Source: a virus (Duplodnaviria; Caudoviricetes). From it: a DNA stretch of 64,000 nucleotides. Every line of letters begins with the position of its first letter. Position 1 is the first letter of the stretch. Location of the stretch: positions 67,490-131,489 of IMG/VR virus record IMGVR_UViG_3300001598_000001; one strand, 5' to 3'. The translations under genes were made by a program, and so were the position numbers. The notes under the pieces were generated by a model. It was given only the letters and a program-made list of their open reading frames with translations, had not been told where the DNA came from and did not search any database. Below, piece by piece: positions 56,001-64,000 of this stretch.

Positions 56001-57032
56001 CCTACTCAATCTCAAATGATTGGAATTATTAAAGCTGGATGTTTTGATAATTTATGTTCAATGGATAGAAAATTAATTATGGAAAAATTTTTATATTATT
56101 TAGCTAATCAACAATATCCTAAAAAAGAAAAAATGACTGCTGTTCAATTAAAGAAAGCATTAGATATGGGATTAAATCTTGATAAATATTCAGACGGAAT
56201 TCGTATGTATAAATTTAAAAAATATTTAGACTCAACTCCTATTGATACATCTAGTAAAACTCGTAGATATATTTTAAAAGAAGAAGTCGCTTTAAAATTC
56301 TTTAATGCTAAAATTAAATCTAAATTGGATATGAATAATTTTGAGTATGGCTATCTACCAAACAACAGTGTTTTTATAAAATGCGCAGCATTTGACAAAT
56401 TATATCAACAAGAATTAAGTGAATTAATGATTTATTTAAATTCTGATGAAGGTAGGACAGAATTTATGAATTTTGAACAAAAAATTTTCATTAACGAACT
56501 TAAAGAAAAATATTGCCAAGGAAATTTATCTACTTGGGAAATGGAGACCATGTGTTTCTATCATGGATCTCATGAACTTAAAGGTATGAATGAAATGATT
56601 TATAATACCAAAGATTTCAATCAATTACCAGAAAATCCCGTAGCTAAAGTTATAATGGATAAAGATGGAAATGAAAAAAACATTTATAATTCTTGTACTT
56701 TAGCGGGAACGGTTACTAATTCCGACAACAACAAACACATTGTTAGCATACTTACTTTACATGGTATAGTTAATATAAAACTATATACTACATTCTATAC
56801 ACAATATAATCAAAAGATTAGTACTATTGATAATAAAACAAAAAAGAAAACTACCATTGAAGATTCGTGGTTTACTCGTGGTAATAAAATTTTAGTTCAT
56901 GGATATCGTCGTGAAAATATGTTTATTGCCAAACCTGATTATTCACAAGGTGGTATGCGTTGTGTTGGTTTAATTGAAAATATTTTACCAGATGGAACAA
57001 TTAGCGTGAGATATAAACGTAATAAAAAATAA
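53091..57032 (+). CDS. dnaE: DNA polymerase III alpha (family C), 1313 aa
   Basis: PHP domain HNHSQYS/TDHE/TDSHY, SRGSA, PDVDID, HASA, LKFDLL, FQFE. Confidence 0.95.
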   Translation: MTGFYSLHNHSQYSNIRMLDCIIKPKDLVQKAIDLGYKGIALTDHESLSGSIDMLKIRDSIKETNPDFKIIFGNEIYLIEECMIKNTPKYYHFILLAKDEIGWKQLQTLSDRAWDRSYVEKGLRRTPTTYKDLEEIVKPNPGHVFASTACLGGYLPNCILDHEVDKANRFVQWCIKVFGADNIALEIQPSDSEEQTTVNRVLVNFANHYNLPYIVTTDSHYLEKDDFNIHSAFLNSKQSSDRETEKFYRFTYMMNEEEIRSLLKLSKLTDQEIDIAFSNTCKIANQIVDFDFRHDTNIPCPNLPQFKLEHILKPWYEQYECIKYYAYSKYDQDQYLLYLIEQGIKSKGISIDTVKAERINTELDVLRYITDANNQPVSGYLNLVKTIEDIIWEISFIGVSRGSAMSFYINYLIGIVQANPLDYDIAYWRFLNKARSGAGNWPDVDIDIAPSKTEDVINLLKQRFGEKNVINCATFKTESLKSAILTAMRGLGYNNDDAQAIASLVPAHRGKIYSLQDCLEGNEEMGFEPVPGFQDKLNQYPKLLDTIRKIEGLSTNASIHASAVYITKEGYDNYVSCMRAPNGTKITSLNMHDSDDCGMLKFDLLRTDAEEKLMQCMSLLLEHNEIQWQGSLRSTYDKYLHPDHLIYNNSKMWADAASGKIANLFQFETQVGAVCIAKTRPENIKQMGAANAVMRLQAEGGKESPIDRYVRFRNDNDLWYLEMAEAGLNGEEVKILEKYLKHKFGCAVEQEDVMQLLMDPQVANFTLKEADHARKIIAKKKLAEITQLKDDFYNAGVARKEFSDYVWTNCIEPQLGYSFSVPHDIGYSLIALQEMNCASNFNSLYWQCACLNVNSGNSNTDAIDEENDEDDKLIEEEENNAEEAEKGAKTKRVAPNYGKIAKAISDAQLSGVKIDLPDINEAEDRFIPDIQRNSILYSLQAVNTISFDLLDRIIQNRPYTGVLDFYNKVQPTQSQMIGIIKAGCFDNLCSMDRKLIMEKFLYYLANQQYPKKEKMTAVQLKKALDMGLNLDKYSDGIRMYKFKKYLDSTPIDTSSKTRRYILKEEVALKFFNAKIKSKLDMNNFEYGYLPNNSVFIKCAAFDKLYQQELSELMIYLNSDEGRTEFMNFEQKIFINELKEKYCQGNLSTWEMETMCFYHGSHELKGMNEMIYNTKDFNQLPENPVAKVIMDKDGNEKNIYNSCTLAGTVTNSDNNKHIVSILTLHGIVNIKLYTTFYTQYNQKISTIDNKTKKKTTIEDSWFTRGNKILVHGYRRENMFIAKPDYSQGGMRCVGLIENILPDGTISVRYKRNKK

Positions 57033-57051
57033 TAAAAGGAGGAAGAAATTT

Positions 57052-57876
57052 ATGAAAAAATATTTTGTTGTTAGTGATATACATAGCTTTTTTACTCCTT
57101 TTATGAACGCATTAAACGAGGCACAATTTGATATAAATAATTCCGAACACATTTTAATTGTTTGTGGAGATTTATTTGATAGAGGTAAAGAAAGTGTAAA
57201 GTTATATAAATTCATTAAAAGTCTTCCAAAAGATAGACGCATATTAATTCGTGGTAATCATGAATATTTATTAAAAGACCTTGTGTCTAAAAAAGTACCT
57301 GAAAGTCATGACTTTTCTAATGGTACTGTACAAACTATTATGGACTTTACGGGTTATTCATCTTTGGATTTACACAATGATTGGTGGGTATATGATGCGT
57401 GGCCATCCATGTGCGAAGACTTTAAAAATTATACTTACATTATTGATTGGATTTTTAATAGTGATGAATGGGTTAATTATTTTGAATTGGGACAATATAT
57501 TTTTGTTCATAGTTTTATACCGTTAAAAGATACTTCTGTTTTAGGAGGGTCATTAATATATAGTTATCATCCACAAGTAGAATTTATTCAAGATTGGCGC
57601 AATTCCTGTTCTGCATTGGAATGGGAGGAAAGCACATGGGGCTGTCCTTGGCAATTATATAAAATGGGTTTATTTCAAAAAGAAGAAGATAAGGGAAAGA
57701 TTCTTGTGTGTGGTCATTGGCACGCTTCAGATTTTCATCGTGAATTTGATGAAGATTATAGTGACAATTATAATATTTATACAGGAAAAAATTTAATTGC
57801 TTTAGACGGGTGTACTGTTGTAACGAATCATGTTAACGTATTGGTAATTTCAGAGGAGGATCTAATTAATGGATAA
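57052..57876 (+). CDS. Calcineurin-like metallophosphoesterase, 274 aa
   Basis: SDIH, GDLFDRG, RGNHE, FVHS, GHWH. Confidence 0.9.
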   Translation: MKKYFVVSDIHSFFTPFMNALNEAQFDINNSEHILIVCGDLFDRGKESVKLYKFIKSLPKDRRILIRGNHEYLLKDLVSKKVPESHDFSNGTVQTIMDFTGYSSLDLHNDWWVYDAWPSMCEDFKNYTYIIDWIFNSDEWVNYFELGQYIFVHSFIPLKDTSVLGGSLIYSYHPQVEFIQDWRNSCSALEWEESTWGCPWQLYKMGLFQKEEDKGKILVCGHWHASDFHREFDEDYSDNYNIYTGKNLIALDGCTVVTNHVNVLVISEEDLING

Positions 57877-58108
57877 TATTAATAATAACAATGTGAATCA
57901 TCCAAGTCATTATAACCAAGGAAAATATGAAGTCATCGATGTTATCAAAGATGCTTTAACAAAAGAAGAACTTTATGGATTTTGTATAGCTAATGCTTTA
58001 AAATATATTTTAAGAGCTGAGCATAAACATGAAAGTCCGATAGAGGATTTAAACAAAGCTGTCTGGTATTTAAATTATATTATTGATATATTAAAAGAAA
58101 GTAAATAA
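57869..58108 (+). CDS. DUF3310 (T7 gp1.7-like nucleotide kinase-like), 79 aa
   Basis: VNHPSHY, EVIDVI, NALKYILRA, EDLNKAVWYL. Confidence 0.85.
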   Translation: MDNINNNNVNHPSHYNQGKYEVIDVIKDALTKEELYGFCIANALKYILRAEHKHESPIEDLNKAVWYLNYIIDILKESK

Positions 58109-58110
58109 AT

Positions 58111-58974
58111 ATGGAATGAACACAGTTAAACACTAAGCGTTATTATGAATATATTAATAATATAATAACCACTAGAGGGCAATGAAATATTCCTGAAGGT
58201 GAATATTGAGAAGGGCATCATATTATATTAAATAGTTTTGGTGGTCTTCCTAAAAAATTTCATAAAAGTCAACCACAACATGAAAATATTATATGATTAT
58301 ATCCTCAAGAACATTTTATTGCTCATAAAATCTTAGCTGAAGACAATCCTAATAATTATATTGTTAATCTTGCTTTTAGTGCCATGGCTTTAATGAGTAA
58401 TGGATATTCTTTGACTGCTGATGAATATAATTTGATTAAAAAAATAATTTCAGAACAACGAAAAGGAAAACCTGTAAGTGAAGAAACCAGGCACAAAGTT
58501 AGCGAAGGATTAAAAGGAAATATTCCATGAAATAAAGGATTAAGTAAAAAAACAGATCAAAGACTTCAAAAATTATCTGAAAAAATAACTCAATTAAATA
58601 TGCACAACAAACCATGAAACAAAGGTTTATCAGGTTATGAAGGGTACAATAAAGGATATAAATGGACAGATGAACAAAGAAAACATCAAAGTATGGCTCA
58701 AAGAGGTTGTAAAAAACCAAAGGTTAGTCAAGCATTAAAAGGTCGAATTAGATCCGATATTAGTTTACGTAATAGGGGACGAATCGCAGTTAATCGTAAA
58801 AAAGTTTTATGTTTAGAAACGGGACAAATATTTGACTCTGTTGCCCAGGCTCAACAATGACTAATTGATACTACAGGTCACGGAGGTCATATTACCAGTG
58901 TATGTAATGGATCTCGAAATATAGCTGGTGGATATCATTGAACTTATGAAATTAATAAACAATTGAAAAAATAA
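58111..58974 (+). CDS. HNH homing endonuclease with NUMOD repeats, 287 aa (TGA=Trp), absent from ORF track
   Basis: EGHHIILNSFGG, EHFIAHKIL, SEETRHKVSEGLKGNIPWNKG, AGGYHW. Confidence 0.8.
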
Positions 58975-58989
58975 TAAGGAGGACAAATA

Positions 58990-59535
58990 ATGAAAATTTA
59001 TTTAGCTGGATCTATATTTTATTACGGAGATTATTTAAGAAATAAAAAATGGGCCGAACAAATTCGTGCTACTTTCCCAGGGGTAGACTTATATAGTCCA
59101 ATTGAAAATACAGATATCAATGGTACTGAAGGGAAAAAGAAATTTGCAGGATCACAGGAGATTGCCAACGCAGATAATGATCGATTAGATAAAACAGATA
59201 TTCTAATTGCTTGTTTAGATAATGATGTAATTCCTTCTGGAACCTGTGCTGAAATTGGTAAATTTCATGAAAAAATTGCCAGAGGAGAACATAAATATAT
59301 AATAGGAATTTGTACCGATAATCGTCAATGTTTTTTAACACATAGTATTGAAAAAGACAATGGTGGATGTCAATCATTAGGTGAACAACAGTATAGTTAT
59401 CAAAATTTATATGTAACAGGTTTAATTAAACAAGGTGGTATATTAGTTTCTAATATTGATGATGCTATTAATTTTATAAAAAGCAAATGTGCTGAATATT
59501 TGCAAGAATATATAATGGAGGATGATGATGAATAA
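58990..59535 (+). CDS. Nucleoside 2-deoxyribosyltransferase family protein, 181 aa
   Basis: KIYLAG, YSP, SGTCAEIG, QNLYV. Confidence 0.85.
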   Translation: MKIYLAGSIFYYGDYLRNKKWAEQIRATFPGVDLYSPIENTDINGTEGKKKFAGSQEIANADNDRLDKTDILIACLDNDVIPSGTCAEIGKFHEKIARGEHKYIIGICTDNRQCFLTHSIEKDNGGCQSLGEQQYSYQNLYVTGLIKQGGILVSNIDDAINFIKSKCAEYLQEYIMEDDDE

Positions 59536-60796
59536 TATGATTTATGGAATTACAGACAAACCTAAAAAATGGTATGAATGGATTTTATATCCTCTACAAA
59601 TGGTTTTAGCAGTATTTGTAGCAACCGTGTTGATTGCGAATATCTGTGGAACACCAGTCAGCTCAGCTTTAATTGGTGCAGGTTTGGCGACTATTATATA
59701 TGAGTTAGTTACAGGTTTTAAATCACCAATGTTTATTTCTAGTTGTGGAGCCACTGTTTCAGCTGTTCTTGGTGCATTAGCATTAGGAGGCGGTAATAAT
59801 TATTTAGCAGTATTTATTGGCGGTTTAATTATTTTAATTGTTTATGCTATTTTTGCTTTTATTGTTAAATTAGGCGGAGTTGAAAAATTTAGCAAAATTT
59901 TCCCTCCAATTATTGTTGGTCCAGTCACTATGGTTATTGGATTAAACTTAGCGGGATTTATTCCGACCTATGTTGGTACAAACAATTGAGCAATGGTAGT
60001 AGCGTTATTCACAATGTTTATCACTGCTCTTACTTCTCACTACTTTAAAGGCTTTGCTAAAACAATTGCATTCTTAATTGGTTTAATGAGTGGATATATA
60101 TTTGCACTTATATTAACATTGACAGGCGTAGAAGAATTGGTTGTTTTCGAATCTGTTCAACATTTCTTCACTCTTCCAGAATTTGCATTTTTAAAATTTA
60201 AGAATAGTCCATTTGAATGGAAACAATTATTAGATATTTTATTATTATTTGTTCCTGTTGCTATATGTGCTTTATTAGAACACTATTCTGATCATAAAAC
60301 ATTATCTAATATTATTGGAACAGATTTGACTCAAAATCCTGGTTTAAATAAAACTTTATTAGGAAATGGTGCAGCTTCTGCTGTAGGAACTTTAGTAGGT
60401 GGACTACCTCAAACCTCCTATGGAGAAGGAGTTAGTGTTATTGGTTTTAGTAAAGTTGCATCTGTGATTGTATCTACAATTGCTGCTATATTCTTATGTT
60501 TATTAGCATTTATTGAACCTGTTAGAATATTTATTAATTCTATTCCATCATGTGTTTTTGGTGGATGTGCAATGATATTATATGGATATATTGCGGCTTC
60601 AGGATTAAAAACACTATTTGCAAGCAAAGCAGATTTAGATAATAGTAAAAATTTAATTATTGTTTCTGTAATTCTTACAGTTGGTGTTAGTGGAGTATTT
60701 TTCTTAACTGAAAGTTTTGTAGGAGTATCATTAGCAATGATATTAGGGGTAATTTTAAATTTAATTCTTAAAAACAAAAAGGAGGTTATCAATTAG
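59522..60796 (+). CDS. Uracil/xanthine permease (NCS2, UraA/PyrP-like), ~424 aa (TGA=Trp)
   Basis: FPPIIVGPVTMVIGL, EH..D, TSYGE, VFGG..LYGYI; start may be 59528. Confidence 0.88.
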
Positions 60797-60797
60797 T

Positions 60798-61010
60798 ATG
60801 TTAAAAATTATATTTATGCACCAAGATGGTTGTCCACAATGCACTATGGTAGAAAATTTATTAAAGAAAAATAATATACAATATGAAAGCTGTAAAGATA
60901 TTGATACTATGGTAGCTATGGGTATTACTCATACACCTGCATTAATAGTTGATGATCAAATTTTACAAGGCAAACCAATGATGAATTGGATTAATCAATA
61001 TAGAGGTTAA
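60798..61010 (+). CDS. Glutaredoxin-like NrdH-type redoxin, 70 aa
   Basis: CPQC, HTPALIVD; next to nrdD. Confidence 0.85.
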   Translation: MLKIIFMHQDGCPQCTMVENLLKKNNIQYESCKDIDTMVAMGITHTPALIVDDQILQGKPMMNWINQYRG

Positions 61011-61015
61011 AACAT

Positions 61016-61819
61016 ATGGATAAACATACTTTGTTAAATACGGAGATGTTTAAAGATAATGAATATTTAGAACGATATATCAATTTAATTAATTCAAATT
61101 TATCCACAGAGTCCAAACCCTTTATTACACAACAACATCATATTGTTCCAGTACACGTCTTTAAATATAAAAAGATGCCAATAGACAACTCAATTAATAA
61201 TTTAGTTAATTTAAAATTTAGCGATCATCTTTTAGCGCATTATTATTTAATGCGCTGCGCTAATAATACAAGAGTGGAATTAGCAAATGCCAATGCTATT
61301 TTTAAAAATATTAATAATCCTCATTCTCAAGATTTAGAAACATGAATTATTAATAATAGCGATTTACTCAATGATATTAACAAACGAAGATGTGAATTAA
61401 TATCTATACATCACTCTGACGTATCTGGTGTTAAAAATAGTCGTGCAACTAAAGTATATCAATATGATAAAAATGGAAAAATAGTATGCGTTTATTCTTT
61501 AATTAATGACTGTGCACAAGCACTTCATTATTCACCTGATAGTCTTCGTTCAATACTATCTCGCAACAAAATTATTCAAATTAATGAATTTTTCTATTCT
61601 AAAAATTCTAATATTAATTTAGTGGAAATTAAACAATATAGTTTGTATAAACAGCAATTAATTAAAAGAAAACGTTCACCAAGAATGTTTATTTGTGAAT
61701 ATTGTGGCAAAGAATATAGTTTATTATTATCTGAACAAAATTATATAAGTAGTTTGGAGCATCATCACTATTGTTATGAGTGTGCAAAAAAACACTGTGG
61801 TAAAGCAAAAAGGAGGTAA
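61016..61819 (+). CDS. HNH homing endonuclease, 267 aa (TGA=Trp)
   Basis: QQHHIVP, NLVNLKFSDHLLAHYYL, KVYQYDKNG NUMOD1-like, CEYC. Confidence 0.8.
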
Positions 61820-61825
61820 GTCAAC

Positions 61826-63769
61826 ATGAAAAAAGAAAATATTATAAATAGATTTAATGATAAAAAATGGAAATATATTACTGATTATAAAACAGCGGCT
61901 AATGCAGCTAGTGGAAGCGAAGTTGATAGTAATGCAAATGTTACATCTAAAAATGTGGCTACACTTTCTGCTGAAATCAGTAAAAAGGATGTTATTTCAT
62001 TAGGATATTACATTATTTATCATTATATAGAACAAAAATATGGTAGCGAATTGGCAGAGCAATTTTTAAAAGATGAAGACGAACATATTATTTATGTACA
62101 TGATTCCACCTCTTTAATGCCTTATTGCGTTGCAATTTCATTATATCCTTTTCTATTAAACGGATTAAGAGAATTAGGAGGAACTTCTGCAGCACCTAAA
62201 CATTGTGATTCTTTTATTGGAGGATTGTGTAATTTAATATTCTTAATCGCAGGACAGTTTGCAGGCGCAGTTGCTGTCCCAGAAACAATACCATATTTAG
62301 ATCATTTTCTTCGTATTGATTATGGTAATGATTATGTTAATCATTTAGATGATATAATTGAATGTTTTGGTAATCGTAAATCGACATTACGAAATAAAAT
62401 AGAAGATTTATTTCAAGAATTTGTTTATTGTGTAAATCAACCCGCTGCAGCAAGAGGTTATCAATCACCATTTACAAATATAGCTTATTTTGATAAAGGA
62501 TATTTTGAATCTATATTTAAAGATTTTGTATTTCCTGATGGAGATGAGCCTTGCTGAGAAACAACTAAAGAATTACAGAAAATGTTTATGAAATGATTCA
62601 ACAAAGAACGTACAAAAGAAGTAATTACATTCCCTGTTGAAACCATGAATTTATTAACTGATGGAAAAGAATATGTAGATAAAGAAATGGCTGATTTTAC
62701 TGCAGAGATGCATAGCGAAGGTCATTCATTCTTTGTGTATCAATCTGATTCAGCCGATGCATTAAGTTCTTGTTGTCGTTTGAAAAATGCAATTGAATCA
62801 AATGTATTTAGTTATACATTAGGTGCTGGTGGTATTGAAACAGGTAGTAAAAAAGTTATTACTTTAAACATTAATAGAATTGTTCAAAATTGGTTTAAAG
62901 AAGAAGTTAATGTTAAATATAAGAGAAATAAATTAACCCTATCTGAATATATAACTAATATTGTCAGTAGAGTTCATAAATATTTAGAAGCTTGAAATGA
63001 TCATTTATGGGATATGTATAATAGCGGTTTGTTAACCGTATATAAAGCAGGGTTTATTGATTTAGATAAGCAATATCTTACTATAGGTTTTAATGGTTTT
63101 ATTGAAGGTGCAGAATTCTTACAAAGTATGAATGAATTTATTCCTTCACAATATCAAGGTATTGAAATAAGACCTGATAATGAAGCTTATAAGCAATATA
63201 CATATGATATATTAAATACTATTAAAGAATTAAATGGTAAAGATAGAACTGAACATTTAAGATTTAATACTGAACAAGTCCCTGCAGAAAATGCTGGAGC
63301 AAAATTATATAATTGGGATAAAAAAGATGGTTATGTAGTTCCTACAAATAGAAATTTATATAATTCTTATTTCTATCCCGTAGAAGACGAAACATATGAT
63401 CCAATTACTAAAATGTATTTACAAGGTAAAGATTTTATTGGTAATTTAGATGGTGGTAGCGCTTATCACTGTAATCTTTCTGAACACCTAAGTCAAAAAC
63501 AATATAGATATTTAATGGATGTTGCAGTTAAAGCTGGATGTTCATATTGGACATATAATATACCTAATACTATTTGTAATAATTGTGGTCATATTGATAA
63601 GAGAATGTTAACTGAATGTCCAGAATGTCATAGTACTAATATAGATTATGCAAGTCGTATTATTGGATATTTAAAAAGAATTTCAAATTTTAGTGAAGTA
63701 AGACAAATTGAAGCTCATCGTCGTTATTATGCCTCAGGTTCTACTATAAATCATGAAAAAGAAAAGTAA
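61826..63769 (+). CDS. nrdD: Anaerobic (class III) ribonucleotide reductase, 647 aa (TGA=Trp)
   Basis: YVHD, PYC, SSCCRL, EQVPAE, CNNC...CPEC, glycyl-radical RIIGY. Confidence 0.95.
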
Positions 63770-64000
63770 AAATTTTAATGAAATCTTAAAATTTTATCCG
63801 CAATGTAAAGTTGATTATCGACACGGAGGAATTGATTTAAGCGGTAAAAAAATAAATCATTTATTACCTATTTATTTTAGTCATTACAATAATAGAGGTG
63901 GCTGAGTATGTAAATGTGATTGTGGACAATATACATTCTACAACACAGATAAATTAACAAGTGGAGAGGCTACCACTTGTTCTTCCTCTTGTGTATATAA
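63753..64000 (+). CDS. Partial homing-endonuclease-like protein (runs off window)
   Basis: DLSGKKINHL...WVCKCDCG...LTSGEATTC repeat typical of phage HNH/AP2 proteins; W is TGA. Confidence 0.65.

Noticed and set aside
108-60792. Minus-strand track ORFs (e.g. 108-479, 4460-4822, 5065-5391, 8284-8508, 16711-17019, 17203-17520, 36260-36556, 58499-58720, 60418-60792)
   Set aside because: Antisense to well-supported genes or RNAs, no RBS, no recognisable motifs
53091-63769. Inteins or introns in dnaE and nrdD
   Set aside because: Both read continuously with no Hint motifs or frame breaks other than TGA; nearby endonucleases are free-standing
2695-64000. TGA=Gly (code 25) or selenocysteine reading
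   Set aside because: Conserved-position TGAs correspond to Trp (RW, YGW, KWF, WxCxCDCG); no selA/selB/selD in the window; the tRNA has 7/5 geometry, not the 8/5 of bacterial tRNA-Sec
1-64000. CRISPR array, diversity-generating retroelement, rRNA
   Set aside because: No spaced direct repeats, no reverse transcriptase or template/variable repeat pair, no rRNA-like sequence seen

Overview
Window of a large, AT-rich tailed bacteriophage genome (siphovirus-like) that reads TGA as Trp (genetic code 4). The supplied standard-code ORF track therefore fragments many genes; re-reading TGA as W joins them into intact genes ending in TAA/TAG. Layout: (1) 0.2-4.7 kb holin-like gene, RuvC-like resolvase, tyrosine recombinase, hypotheticals; (2) 4.7-8.9 kb RNA island with tRNA-Thr(AGT), an opal-decoding tRNA-Trp(TCA) with an abnormal long variable arm, a ~530-nt ROOL-like RNA, tRNA/tmRNA-like mini-RNAs, tRNA-fMet and an Ntn-hydrolase gene; (3) 9.1-20.8 kb a single 3911-aa tape-measure protein carrying a two-barrel RNA-polymerase catalytic motif (RxP...GDYDGD) and a PD-(D/E)XK nuclease-like domain; (4) 22-41 kb tail/fibre module containing a Hint-capped fibre protein, a radical-SAM/SPASM CXXX-repeat maturation cluster with a 76-Cys substrate, and a serine-invertase fibre-tip switching locus with five crossover-like sites and an IS3-family remnant; (5) 41-64 kb replication and nucleotide-metabolism genes (SSB-like, exonuclease, Sak/Rad52-like, DnaB, primase, DnaE, NDT, uracil permease, NrdH, NrdD) with four homing endonucleases and tRNA-Ala(GGC). 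Most striking: the radical-SAM thioether-type modification system inside the tail module, the RNAP-nuclease-tape-measure fusion, and a module-specific TGA/TGG split. Family names come from manual motif recognition only; no database searches were run.
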